From positions 69,626,001-69,690,000 of the forward strand of contig CM060733.1 in the NCBI GenBank assembly GCA_030704615.1: a stretch of DNA of 64,000 nucleotides, read 5' to 3'. The notes under the pieces are model-generated. The model saw only the letters and a list, made by a program, of their open reading frames with translations, made no database searches and was not told the DNA's origin. A program made the translations under genes and the position numbers. Below, piece by piece: positions 22,066 through 35,960 of this stretch; positions within the stretch are counted from its first letter, which is position 1; the number at the start of each line of letters is the position of its first letter. Origin of the DNA: Takakia lepidozioides (taxonomy: Eukaryota > Plantae > Bryophyta).

Positions 22066-25000
22066 CAAATGCTTCTTGTCAATGGCCGCACATATCTGCC
22101 ATAATGCGAACTATTGCAGACTATATATCCTTGCTCCACACTTGAAACCCAAGATGCCACAGTCGCGGAAAGAGGCGCGCGAAGTCTTGGACTCTGTGGG
22201 GATGGGCTATAAGATTTTTCATACATGTCCATGTGATAAAACCCTATACTACGGAGAGGATTTGCATCTCACCAAGTGCCCAAAGTGCAAGAAAGACCGA
22301 TATCGGGATGATGTCCAAGGGAAAAAAGTACCACGCAAGGTATAAGCGTCATTCCCCTTCGCATGGAGATTATTAGAGAGTAGTACTCATGCAAGATCTG
22401 ATTGTGGTTTTGGAAGGAGTGAGTGAGGAGTGGAAGGAGCGACGTTTGGTTTTGACCATTCACACCCAAGTGAGGGAGAGGCTGCATAAAGGGAAAGACA
22501 TAAGGGTGTTGTATTATGTGTGCTAATGGGATGATTACATGTGGGGGGCGTGGGGTATTTCATCCTAGAAAATGCATTACTTTCCGATCATCCCGCGATT
22601 GAGGGCACAGTACCGAAGCCCCGAATTGGCCAGACTCATGAGATGACACGCCTCGCATCGGAGCCCCCCGGGAAAGATGTGCGGGCCACAAGATTCACAA
22701 GCATGGAGGCATATTGAAGAGATGTGGCCTTTTCTCTTGGAGGACCCACGACATGTCCACCTCGGTTTCTTCTCGGATGGGATCAATCCATTCTCTGTCC
22801 AGTCATGTAGTCATTCCACTTGGCCAGTGACCATGGTGAATTACAACATCCCTCCGTATCTTTCAACTAAAAAAGACCATATCATGTTGGCTGCCATTGT
22901 GCCAGGTGAGTGTACTCATTTCATGTTTATTATTGCCTTCGACTTTACATTAAACTTCTGATCTTTGACGCAATTCGGATGCAAGATTGATGAGTGACAT
23001 AATCATGGAGTAAGACGTGTAATTCATTTTGTAGTATAATCTGCATATTGGTGGAGCATTGAAATAATGATGTGAATGTCTCAAAGGGAAAAAACAAGTG
23101 GCAAACATGGACACGTACTTGCGACCTCTTGTTGATGAACTTAAAGAGCTATGGAGGGGGGTCTCGGCATTGGATGCTTCACTTGACCCTATGGCCGGAC
23201 AATCTTTTCAGATGAGAGACATCTTGCTTTGGACAATGCATGATTATCCAGGTATGTTATGTTCCCCATGAACAACCCGCGTACATTCACTTGTCAATGC
23301 CGGATGAGGATGAGGATTGGGATTGATTGAAGTAGCAGCGACAGTCTTGTGCACCGTAGTGGGGTAGATGGCATTATGGGCCATGCACATGACAACTTTT
23401 TGTTTTTGCTATTGTGGCGGGATGTGTAGTACAAGACTAACTGTTTGCTCGGGGCTAAGCACCAAAGGGTACCATGCATGCTTGCATTGTGGCGATGATC
23501 TTGATGCACATAGCTCCCGCCATCTTCACAAGATGGTGTATCCCAACTACTGCAAATTTCTTCCTATGAGCCATCGATGGAGAAGAAGAGAGAAACACTT
23601 GTTTGATGACAAAGAGGAAGTACGTCCCCCCCCCTATGACACCGTCCGGGCAGTTTTGGGAGGACCGATGGAAGGAGACCCATGCGGGCACGGACGGTGA
23701 AGTTGACGTGTCCGGCATGAAACGACTTTCAATCTTCTACGAGTTGCCATATTGGGCGGTATATATTCCACAAAAACACCATCAATATCCCTATGCATGC
23801 ATGTAATATTGCACATTTGGTATACGTTGCATTGTCATTTCCACGTAAAAAAATTTGTGTAAGTCTTTGTGGGTGGGATATATGTAGGACCTGAAAATTC
23901 GCCATCTTCTAGATCCCATGCATATTGAGAAGAATGTCTGCTCGTCCCTTTTTCGGATTCTTCATGGCACGCCGGCAAAGAAGGGAATGGCTGCAAAAGG
24001 AGATTCTATCGGTATTAGAAAGGAGCTTGAGGAGTAGGGTCGCATACGCCATCTATGGGCCGAACAAAATGGTGTGGACCCAAAGGGTGTTGTACGGTGG
24101 AAGTATAGGCGCGCACCTTGGCAATGGACAAAGGAGGAATACAAGAAAGTGATAGCCACCATAAGTGCTATCCGAACACCAACTGGTTATGGGTCATCCC
24201 TCCGTACAAAGTTCAGCGAAGAAGACGAGGTCCATGGTTTGAAGTCTCATGACTACCACAATCTATTGCAAGACATCTTGCCCATTGCAGTACGTGGGAC
24301 ATTGACTCTCGAGGTTCGTGAGACAATCTATAGATTGGGAGGCTTGTTCCGGTGGATTTGCTCCAAAGAGTTAAAAAAATCAGATTTTCCACGCATGAAG
24401 AAGGAGGCGGCGGAGGTAATGTGTATGTTGGAGATGCACCTTCCTCCCTCCTTCTTTGACATCCAAGTGTACTTGATAGTGCACTTAGTGGAAGAGGCTT
24501 TGATTGTCGGCCCCGTTCATTCTCGGTGGATGTACTTCCTTGAGCGTTATATGAAGACTTTGAAAGGATTTGTAAGACAAATGACGCACCCCGAGGGTAG
24601 TATGGCGGAGGGGTATACGTTGCAAGAAGCTATGTTCTATTGCATGGAGTACATGGCATGGGTGGATGAGGAATTCCCTCGGATGTGGAAGAAAGAGGAG
24701 GATGCACGAACCAATGACATCGTTTTGCCCAAAAAATCGAAGAGGGTAAAATTGTCGACCTTGGTGATTGAGTAAGCGCATGACTTCATACTGAAGAACA
24801 CCCCATCTATACATGAGTGGGAGACAAGATACAATAATGTTGTTCAGCAATGAGAGGAGGAGACGCTTGCATGGAGGTGGAACCATCCAAGGCCGGTTAC
24901 TAGACGCCCACGACGAGGAGCGGGCCGCCGGAATGTTCCTTCACAAAATTTGCCCATGGAATTGCAGCCTCTAAGTTGGCTTCGGACTTCAGTTTATGAC

Positions 25001-26566
25001 GCCGTTGCTCAAGGAGAGGTGGTTTCAGATTTGGTGCAAGACATTGCAAGGGGCCCCTCTTAGTTCGAGAGCATACTCCAACTTCAGTATACAAGATACC
25101 GGCCTCTTCTCTTCAAGGGAAGGTGGTTCCAGCCACATCTTATGGGGCCCTCCGCAACACTAGTGCAAGATGATTGTGGTTTCATGCGCGTCAATGCAGA
25201 TAGGCTCAACCCTATTCATCGTCCTTCCGATGAGCCTTTTCACGGCCTTCAGACATGGAGCACATTTTCTTCTCCGATGACAAAACAAGAGAGGGGAATT
25301 GGAAGGTGGTTGTGCATGCTCAGCCAAGAGGAAGACGTATCTATCATGGTCTTGGATCTCCATGGGGTGAGGCAATTGCGGTGGACGGAGAGACTGGTCA
25401 TAATGATGCTGATGATGGAGGTTGGGTAGAGAGGGTAGAAGAGGATGATGACGCCCCGGACAATGCATCCTGGACCCTATATGATGAAGCTCTAGAAGAT
25501 ACGGATGTTGGAGAAGGAGACGAAGACACGGCCATTGACAACGAGGTGGAGGATGATTCGGAGGTGCCTTTTGAGGGTCGGACCATTTATGACGATGACT
25601 CCGATGACCAAGAAGACTTGCAGCTTGATGAGGATGAAGAGGCTCCGGATGATGATGTTCAAGTTGATTAGACACAAAATCAAAGCTACATAACAATTCT
25701 CCCACCGAACTGGACCCATCCCTTCGATTGATTGTACATGTACATGCATATTGTACTTTATTTCTATGATTCATCAAATATGGCTGTGGCTGGTAGTCTT
25801 TCAAGAAAGAAGGCAGAGGCAATGAATATGTTGGAGCAACACATACAGATGTGGTATCAAGAGAATTATCAAAATGAATGTCACAATTTACAAGAAGGTC
25901 CACAACAACAAGCTAAACCATAAAGAAAAAGAAACACCCTACCCCAGTACCATATGAAAAAAAAAAAAAAAAAAACTAAGAACCCCCAAAAGGCCCTAAA
26001 CCTAAACCTAGAAAGCCCTGCCGTCGCCTCCTACGACCCCCGCATGTCGCAAACTGCGACGCGTTTTCTTGGATTTATGAGGCCGGGGGTCGCAAATGGC
26101 GACGGACAGCCGTCGCAAACTGTGACATGTTTTTTTTTGTTTTGAAAGAGTAGGGCAGCCGGGCAGTTTGCGACGCCCGGCCGTCGCAGGGGCCTTTTTG
26201 CCCTTCATGCCACCATGCGATGGCCGGGCGTCGCAAGAAAGGGCTGCGTTGAAAGAAATGGCAAGAAATGGTTTTTTTTTCCGGCGTGCGACGACCGGCC
26301 GTCGCCAGAAAGGGCTGCCTTCTGCCCTTCGGTGGGGGCGACGCTTAGGCGTCACACGGAAGGGCTACCATTTTCCCTTCATCACTCCGTGCGACGGCCA
26401 GGCGTCGCCGCCTGGCCCCGGCGCCAGGTTTCACTCCCGCGGGGTTTGGCTGCGACGGCCTGGCGTCGCAAACACGCTTCATGGGGGGTTGGCGTCGCAC
26501 CCTCAGCGCCGCGCGGGGCGTGGGGGGCGCGGCTGGCGTCGCACACCCCCCCTATTTGCTGTAGTG
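22066..26566 (+). mobile_element. CACTA (En/Spm) DNA transposon, 5'-truncated, with spliced TnpD-type transposase
   Basis: CPKCKKDRYR, SDGINPF, HSTWPV, GLKSHDYH, WMYFLERYMKTLK, PEGSMAEGY. Dense GCGACG/CGTCGC subterminal repeats at 26020-26545. 3' TIR ...TTTGCTGTAGTG (reverse complement CACTACAGCAAA) ends at 26566. Confidence 0.93.
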
Positions 26567-26567
26567 T

Positions 26568-29500
26568 AAACGTCTCTACGACCTTTTCACTGTAGACGAC
26601 ATTGTAGCGTACAAATCAAACACACTTCTTATCGACACTGTAGAAAATATGTATAAGTCCTACTTGAACCCAAAGTCGAACGGTATCTTCCTTCCAAAAT
26701 ATAAAACGTTCGTCGACCCATACAAGGACAAGTTTCTTCTGGATGAACTCAAACCGCACCTGGAAGAATTGCGGTTATCCGGAAAAGACGCTGATATATT
26801 CAACGTGGAAAAACCCATAGGATGTCGACCGTATAATGACCCAAAAGTCAAACGCCTCTTGCTATGGGATTTGCAGTGACAGGTTTATCTTAGAAAACAA
26901 AAATTTCCTGACACTTCCTTGGAATAGATTGTAACGTAGATGGCTGCTCTAGATTTTCCTGAACCTCGACTGTCCAGTGGACGTTGCTCCTAATGTCAAT
27001 CCTGTCCTTGGTTTATCTTGATTACCACCTAAGTGGATATATGAATTTCTCACAGATTGCAGCACCAGTTTCTCCAGTTGCGAAAGGATTGCGCTTGATA
27101 ATTTTTGACATGAATGGAGTTTTGTGCAAAGTCTTGAAGCACTAGAAGAGCTACAATGTCCCCCGAATGTCCGAGACAGACTACAGGATACCAGCTCTTG
27201 TTGGATTTTGACTTGTCTATAGGCGGGAAAAATATCGTGAGATGTGGACAGAGTTGAACAAACATTTCCGTCTAGGTATATGGAGCTGCATGATGTACAA
27301 GAACTTGCAGCCTGTCCTGGACTTTATGCTTCGGGGTCTTCCTCAGCCGACATTTGTTATGTCTCAAGAAGATTGTATCTCCTGTCCTACTTTTGTCCAC
27401 CCTCAATTTATATCAGGATACGACCCACCGAGTCTGTTCTTGAAGCCATTGATGACGGTCTGGCAAAGATTTGGTGGTCAGTACAACAGGAGTAACACTC
27501 TACTCATTGACGATTTTGCTATTAAGTATGTGTTGAACCCGCTTGAATCCTGTCTGATTCTAAAAATCGTTTGAATCCATTGAGACGGACTCTTGCTATC
27601 TCCAGAAGGTTCTCCAGAAATATTTGCTTGAAATGAAGAAATCTTGCACCATTTCCAGTTATCTCAGGGAAAAGAGGATAAGACTTAAGCCTTATTAGAA
27701 TGTTTCCACCGATCCCAAGTTTAAGCCTCTCTTGGATTATATTGATGATTCTAATTACGAGAATCTCCGATATGATGCTTCAAAATAAAGATTTTATTGA
27801 TCAACCGCGTCTGTGATTCAATGTATATTTTTGATTGGTTTTTCTATAGGTTGTATTGTTTTTCTATAAAAACTGTTGTCTACTGTGATTTCCGTCTCAA
27901 TGTGAATTGACATGGAATTGTTTGTTATCTCCTAGTCTCATCCATGCGTTTCTCCACCCTATACCATCCCGATCCTCTGGGATACAGGCCTTCTCCGAAA
28001 CGCGTCTCGGGGGCTTTTTAAAATCCGACAACCTCCACTGTGCAGTGGAGGTTATCCTGTGTCTGTACATTGACCATGTAAGTTCGTTTCTGCAGGTTTA
28101 TAGAGATGCTGCTGATGCCAACTTCTTGTCGGGACCTCCATTGGAATCCTCCATATTAGAAATTCGTCGACAGAGGGACAACATTCACACTACTATTGAG
28201 AAATTTGTCAACGACGGTGAAGAATCATCCAGGCACTTGGCTTCATTTCAATTGCACGATCATCCTCTTTAGTCCATTCCTGAGAAGGATGTTCCGTCGC
28301 AGGATTGTTTAGGATGGAATGTCGAAGGTGGAAGCCAACTTGACAAATCTGCAGGGGATTTCGTGGACCTCAATCTACGGTCCTCCTCACCCTCCTTTTT
28401 AAGTGTCAAGGGTCTGAAATGTACCTCGAGAATGTCAGCCATTAAGGATGCGGCTGAGGCTGTGGCTCCGCATCACACTGTTGTCTCTCTTCCCTCGTTC
28501 TCTCCCCAGTACGAAGGTTGGACAGCCCAAATCAGAAGGAGTCAGGTAAAATTACTTATATCTGAATTGTAACTCATCCTTTTGTTTTCCCTAGTACTGG
28601 GTCTGATGTTCTTGTTTTACTCCAGGCCAGAAAATCTGCGGATTGTGACCTTCCTGTCAAACGACGACTTCATTGGAAATCTGTTCCGAGGTAATCCCTT
28701 CGTTACGTGTGAATTCCATTTAGGATGAATTCCTTTGGACGAGGACAAGGACGAAACTTCAAGTGCAACTTCTCGGCTTCCCAACCCTGCAGTGTTGGCG
28801 CAATGTTCTGCACCGATGAAGCGGAATAGGGCCCCCAAACCATTTCCATCTCTTCTACAAATCGGTTCCACCGGAGAGAAGTCCTTCGTCAAAGACAAAA
28901 CAAACTCGAGGAAGAAAATGAATACCTCGGACATACCGGGGTCTCGTCAAAACACGTCCGTTGGGATGCCAAGCCCGCCAGCGAGACTTTCCAATAAGGC
29001 GACATCGGTATTATTCGATATCATTTCTCCACTTTCTTCTCTTTTCTGTTCGTTTGGTTATGCACTAATTAACTCCATCTTTTCTCAACAGGCGGGGATG
29101 CAGCATGATACCTTCATCAATTTCCCTCCGTACAAGGTACTTTCTTGAACCTCCACTTGGCAGTCGACGTTCCTCTTTTTAGCAATATTAACCCTCCTCT
29201 TGAAACATTCCAAGCCCACAACATTATGCTGGATTTTGCCATTTTCTGCACAATCGTGTTGATCTTTCATACACTCAATCATTCTGGGTCATGGGTATTT
29301 TTATGGCAGAAACACTAATGTCAATGTGTGATTAACCTGCTCAGGATAACTTTGTCTCTCATCCTTTACATGCAACAGCGGGGAAAAGCAAACGGATGTG
29401 TTAATTTTGAGTGTCAACGGACTCCTCTGCTACCGGCCACCCCCAACCGGCGGTGAACTGTTTGAGGAGAAATTTCGTTTCAGGAATGTGACACTTCAAG

Positions 29501-30074
29501 TTCCTGACAGACCGTTTGTGGTGCCTCGACCTGGAGTCTTGGAGTTTTTGGACCTTGCATTGAAGCATTTTCACGTGGCCATTTAGTCATGTGTTGATAG
29601 AGGTGTTCTTTGTAGGATGTTGGAGAGCTTCGTCCCCACGAAAATAGTGAAGAAGTTTTGCTTCATATGGTCCGCTGAGGATTGTAAGAATACCACCGGT
29701 TATATCAGGCCCGAGATGAAATATTTCGTGAAGGATATTCGAAGTGTTATTGTCAGTACCTTGGTAGATCGTTTGCTACGCAGTGGCAAATACTTCTTGT
29801 AGATGTTGAGCCATCAAAAGGCCTGCAAAACCCACAAAATACTGGATTCATCCCTTTCTCATTCAAGCCTTCACCAAACGGATTGCATGACCGGGATGTT
29901 ATGACAAAAGCAGTGTGGCCATATATGTCGGAGATGGCTGGAGCTTCAACAGTCGTTGATTACATTAGCGAGAACCGGACAAAATGTTCTCATAAGCCTA
30001 TTGGTCGAGACCATGCCGCTGGGCCTGGTATGGAAGACCTCATATTGATGGATCCCACAACAAAAGGAACCTGA
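26568..30074 (+). pseudogene. Decayed locus with three FCP1/NIF-like (HAD) phosphatase domains
   Basis: Domain 1 C-half NTLLID..YKSYLNP..NGIF (26568-26879). Domain 2 IIFDMNGVL..GIWS..NTLLIDD..KYVLNP (~27085-27574). Domain 3 VLILSVNGLL..RPGVLEFL..FHVAI..FIWSAEDC (~29395-30074). Stops and frameshifts throughout. Confidence 0.7.
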
Positions 30075-33000
30075 TTACCTTGGTAGGCACGTGGATCCCA
30101 CTGTTCTGTTGTTTGTTCAGAATTTGATTTTCCAATTCTTTTGCATTTGCATTTGCACTCTTACCTCAACAAATCCATATGCAAAACTTCCACTTTGGGC
30201 CTAACATTTGTCATTTCAATCGCTTGTCCCCAGTTACATTCAAGGAACAAATTCTAAAAGAGTAACAAGAGCTGCGTGATTGGGAAGAATGGCGGGCGTG
30301 CTGGAAAGCTTAAAGGGCATCAAGTAGAGTTGGTAGTAACATTTTAGATGATAATGTCAGCCGGTTTCACCTTCCTGAAAGTATCTCCGTGTCCTCTGGT
30401 GCGGAGACCGTTGCAAGTGGTTGTGGTAACCGGAGGCGTCTTCGGACACATGCCTTGACTGCGAGCCGTTTGGGAGGAGGCTCAGTATTATTAATGAGTT
30501 AGTATAAGTTCTATGGCTTCAGAATCTATGGCTTGTATGGCATTAAGTCCATGAACGGATGGACAATTGACGTTCATTTTTTTGTTGGTCCATCGCCTTG
30601 AATGATATAATCTCAAATAAAATATGAATGTTTCATATCATCAATCAGGTTCCGACAGACTCGTTTTTCCATGTTGTCCTCTTCATCACATGCCATCATT
30701 GTTTTATATTTGGTTCTGCCATTGTTCCATGTTTGTTTGTACATGTCATTTTGGATATCGGAGCTCTCATCATTGTTTGATTCATTGCATCCTCCCATTC
30801 CTTTTAATGAACGTCAACTTGGCGGTGGATGTTCATCTAAGACCACAATACATACTTGTATTTTTGCATAGTTTGTGTGGAGGATTATATAATTCGTTGT
30901 TATATAGTGCACAAATAGTCAAATAATTATAGACCAGCCAACGCCTCACGTTGAGGTGAGGGTTGGGCTGCACGGACCTGTTACTATTGCACGGGTGTGC
31001 ATGCACATGGAAGTATCTGTGCAGACCCCCGCTCGTTCTACGTAACATCAGCAGCACGGGAAACGGGTTCACATAGAAAGTGGCCCCAAAAAACAAAAAG
31101 GCTGAAATCCTACAAGAGGTTGAACTGAACTATGGTTGGTACTTCAAAATGAGGATTACCAGTTCATATCCGGTTGGAGATAATATCCTTGAAATTGCAA
31201 ACTTGCTCAACTTGCAGGATTATCACATGTGAGATTGATATACTGATCGGACAAAAGATTGATGCTAATGAAGCTTGTAGATTTCTCTACTGCTGGCATA
31301 CTTGAGGAAATCTGTCTGGAACCATGTCATCTGGTCACTCATTTTCTCCTACTGGATTAAAATGTGCCACCCTTTACTCTCTTCTACCAACATATTCAGT
31401 ACTCAAAAATATCCGGGATACTGAATGCAGACATCTCTGTTCCTCTCATATTCCATAGCCCAGAATAGAAAGACTTTAAACCACAGATAGCCACAGGTAA
31501 ATTCCGAGATGACGGTAGTATTCAAAAAGGACCTTTCTGCTAACGAATTCCTGGGGCCAAGACTCCGAGATCAGACAAATTCATTCCAAAATTTTGTATC
31601 TTGCTTGCACTTCTAGGCTACAGTCAACTGCCAGAAATCCTTGCTCAATTGTTCTTTCTGACTGTCATGAGAAAGCAGAGGGGCACAAGACAATCATACC
31701 ATTCGGAAGACGAAGCAGCAATTGTTGACGTAATCCCTGCAACGGATTCCGGCAAAGAGTTCCACGGACTTCTCTCGACCTTTCAAGAGCATGTGTAGGT
31801 GATTATTCTCCTTCAGCTCTCTTCTGGTCACATCGTTCTAGATCACAGTATCAACCTTCGCCGGTTGGAAACGATGTGCCTGAGGGTCGATCAAGCGCTG
31901 ATCATCTGTCTACCAGATATCACTGTGGACATTACGTTGCATTGACCTATCCAATCTCCATACCTGAAGTCTGCGATCACCCCAAGGCTTACGCCGGAGA
32001 GGCAGAACAAACGACATCTTACTGCTTCCAAAAAGGACAGGATATTTTCACCTAGCCTCCTTTCTCTGCGCAGACTCCAATTTTCCGAACTCGTTCGAAA
32101 TTCAATCTTCGGAAACCCAGCCTGAGCAACCTGATCATAGATATCCTTCATTCTATAGGTGCACTGATGAACCGCACCCTCCCGCGTCTTGACACCATGA
32201 CACGTCCTTGGATATGCTTGTGTTGCAGGCGTACACTCTGGATAACTCGTCAGGTTTAGTCTGCAATTTCCTCACTGCTCTCCACCCGCAGAATCTGAAA
32301 AGCTCAAAATCCACTACTTGCAAAGCAATGTAACTGTGGATCAACTTCGACACTTCGTTTACGATGAATTCTAATTGTGAGCCAGAAACCCTGCGACAAG
32401 TAATCCTACGTACGCAGATTCCCAATAAGAATTCGAGCTGATCTATCTTTCCACTATATTCGTAGGCATAGGTGGACTTGACACACAAGGATTCCTTGAC
32501 ACATCGCAATCTGAAAATTGCCAACGACTTATTGCAGCGTGACGTTTTGCAGAGACAAGCTCACTCACCCTGCAATAAGCCATCTGCCACTTTCACAAGC
32601 GAACGTCAGTAAAGAACGCTGCGTCCTTCACACAAACTACACAACGTCGAACAAACTCTATCTCTCCTGCTACTTTGCAACCTAAATTATATGAACCACC
32701 TTCACAAGTGCACCCCACGTATCCTGGAAACGCTACATAGACCGAAACCACAACGCTTTCGGCTCCCAGAAATGGTGCATAGACCTCGGCATAAGCACGA
32801 TCCTCCAGAGACATTGGGATCACTTTAACAAGGTTTCAGCGATCGGCGTTACGACCAGAATTCTACGGATCACGTTTGCATTTGAACCAAATTCATTGCT
32901 AAGACCCTAGCTCTGCAAAGAAGTTGGCATGGACAAAAGAAAAATCTGAGCGCGCAGCTTGATACACGTTCTCCAGAGATTGCACAGCCGCAACCTCCCG

Positions 33001-33179
33001 AGATCAGCGTGAAGCTCCAACAGCATCACGCTCCATCACTCCTGTCCTCTCCGGCCGCCTTCAAAGTAATGGCCCTCAACGTAGCACACGCCAGTACCGC
33101 GCGATGATGAGGCCATCCACTCTCATCCTCTTCCCAGAACGTCGGTATCCTACGGGCTACAAGATCGGGCCAGCCTTTT

Positions 33180-33303
33180 CCGTGTATTTAAATGGCCTCA
33201 GGATATTTGTAATCTAGGATTAGCCTAAAGAGAGGCCTTGTCCCTACAAGGACGGGCACATTAATGGGCTTTGTCACTAATGAGCCAGCCCCCGGGCCCA
33301 CTA
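33180..33303 (-). repeat. Putative DNA-transposon terminus (starts TAGTGGG), inverted homolog of 47602-47730
   Basis: Reverse complement tgtagggacaaggcctctctttaggctaatcctagattacaaatatcctgaggccatttaaat matches tgtagggacaagcctctcttgagggtaatcctagattatgaatatccagaggcatttaaat near 47658-47718. Confidence 0.6.
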
Positions 33304-33308
33304 GGGAA

Positions 33309-34670
33309 TAGCAAAAAGGCCGTGTCGCGGGACGCCATAAAATGATAGTTTTGGGCTGGCCTGGGGCGCTGCCCGGGGGGTCTAGGCCATGGACCAGGCG
33401 AGGTCTGGGCCTGGGACTGGATGTCCTGCACCCCAGTCCATACAGGGAACTCATTGGGAACAAATTTCGGCCGCTGCCCGTCCTTTCCTATTGTCCTGGG
33501 GTTGGAGGGGTTGGAGTGGCCTGGGCTTTCTAAGCCCAGGAAAGATTCTTTACCCTGGGATATGAAGACATCAAAGAAATATTCCAAACTAATATTCCTT
33601 GACCTCTTTAACCCTGGGTCTACGTAAGGCAGTTTTCATCCGTCGTTTGTCTGTAAGCCAGGGCTCATTGTAAGTAATTGCCACTGCAAATATCTCAGCC
33701 GTTAAATAATACACACACTTCCATGCGGATTCCTTGTATTTGGCTAACCTTTTTTGCCTGGCATCTTGATCAGCTTGTGATAGGCCCTTCTTGAGAGGCC
33801 CCGCTTTCCAATACATGAACCTTCTTCCCAATTTCTGCACACAAGCAGCTTTAAATTTTCAAGCTTGAAATCTGGAAGAGTAAATGTAAGTCATTACTAG
33901 CTTCGTTGGTCTCTACAGAGGATAGTGAGAGCCATAACCTGATGGGTATCCTTAAACCCGTGTGAGGTTGCAGTCATTTGAATGCTGATAGTACCCGTGG
34001 CCACTACTTCCTCCAGAAAACTCAATTCAGTACTCTGGGCCTAGGTTTGATCCAGTCTGGAATCTCACACTTAATTATCAACCTAGTATGTGTAAGGGCT
34101 TTTGGCGAATGGATATACTACTCAAGCCTTGAGAGCCTGCTGTACTTCAGCCTTTCTCTTTGCAGAAAGCTGAAGCTTGTGGTCTGAGTATACATCTAAA
34201 AGCCTACACAGTGTTAATTCAAGTGATGCCTACACACAGATGTGCAGAAGGATTGTCCAGATTCTTCCATATCATCACTGACATTCATCGGCCATTCAAA
34301 GAAGGGGGTGGCGAGTGACTGCATTGTACATGTGCGTGAGTTGTTCATTTTTCCCTCTTATAGAACCAGGTAACTTCAAGTACTGTCTGCCATCCCAGCA
34401 GTAAGGAAAACAACTGTGGACACTCATCAAGCTACCGAGACGGAGGAACGGATGGAAGGCGGGGCTGCACACACCCACACACTGACCAGCTATAGCAAAA
34501 AGGCCGTGTTGCGGGACGCCATAAAAATGATAGTTTTGGGCTGGCCTGGGGCGCTGCCCGGGGTCTAGACCATGGACCAGGCGAGGTCTGGGCCTGGGAC
34601 TGGATGTCCTGCACCCCAGTCCATACAGGGAACTCATTGGGAACAAATTTCGGCCGCTGCCCATCCTTTC
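33309..34670 (+). repeat. ~180-bp GC-rich direct repeat pair (33309-33488 and 34492-34670), MITE-like
   Basis: Near-identical tagcaaaaaggccgtgt...cggccgctgccc in both copies, with a third gaatagcaaaaaggcc start near 34702. Confidence 0.8.
33643..33834 (-). pseudogene. Isolated exon fragment of a LAG1/LOH ceramide synthase
   Basis: LAKYKESAWKCVYYLTAEIFAVAITYNEPW preceded by a GTGCAG acceptor. Truncated after NEPWLTD. Confidence 0.85.
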
Positions 34671-35960
34671 CCTTGATCGCCAAACCCACTCCTCACCTAT
34701 GGAATAGCAAAAAGGCCATGAATGCAGGCCCAGGCCATAGGTACAGGACTGAGTTAAAAAATCCAATTTTGGCCTGGGCTTGGGGTAACTGTTTTGGCCT
34801 GGACCCCGGGACAGTCTTGGACCCCGGGACAGGACCGGCACCCTTGTCCAGTCCCGCCAGACCCCCTCAAATGGAACGCCTGGGAACAAAAAGGGAGCAT
34901 TTTCGGGCAGCTGCCCAGAAATGAACGGCCGAGATCTTCTGTCCATAGCGGACACGTGGTCGGACGTGATTACGTCTCTTTCCTTCCTCGACGTGTTTCC
35001 ATGGACTTTGCAAACTGCCAGTTTTCGGAGCACCGGAGATGCAAGAATGTATCATAGCACCTTGATTACTTCACTCTGTGGGTTCGAATGTCTTGCGTTT
35101 TGGTATGTTGTGTGCAGCCAAATGAAAGCACTCACAGGTGAGAAGTCGAATACCTTGATCACTTCACTCATCTCTCTCTCACATCCATCTCGTTGTCTAG
35201 TTGGTGTACCGCAGGAAGCTCAAAGAAATTCACCCAGGAGCACATCCTCATATCAATTTGTTGTTTTGTGTCAAGTTGAATTAAGCTATTTGGACTCTAT
35301 TAATGTTGGAACTGAAATGGTTTTCTACAAGCAATGCCAGTCACCATTGTATCTTTCCATTGTGTTAAGTTTCTTCATAAGAGGTCTTTTCCTCTGGAGG
35401 AAGTGTATCATATTTTGGAGCTCTCACACGCTAATGTGCATTCCCTTGGATATCTTTGTAGATGCATGTAGCATGCTTCCAATGTCATACTGGTTCTCTT
35501 CTTAAACAACACTTTGGCTTCTCTCCTTATGGAGGTAGTTATGAAGCGTGACTGTTTGACGATTTTGCAACGTCTCATTGTTAGTTTTGCTCCTGCCTTA
35601 CGTCTGCCACAGTACAGAACAATCTGATGTGGAAGGGAACATATTAGGCGTGATGTCCTGTTTATTTTCTGTATGTTCCTGTGTTTCTATCCTTTATCAG
35701 GTTGTTTAAAATTGACACATGGTCTGATCATAGATTTCTTAGGCCACATAGTTGTTTTCATATAACCTTGTCTACCTTTGTAGAATTGAACTTTATCAAG
35801 ACCAACATGACTTATATTCCATGAGTCCCTAGTAATCATCCTAGCAATCTCACAGGTGCCCACCTACGAGTCACCTACTTGCGAAGCTACATTGTTTATG
35901 ATCCTAAACAATGTCACCCTAGTTGAAATGATTTGAAGGTGTAATCAGGGTGTAGTTAGA

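Noticed and set aside
25993-26012. Telomeric repeat CCCTAAA
   Set aside because: Only two to three degenerate units inside the CACTA subterminal region.
30900-33150. Very old LINE remnant on +
   Set aside because: Only faint resemblance to endonuclease/RT motifs; I could not read any motif convincingly.
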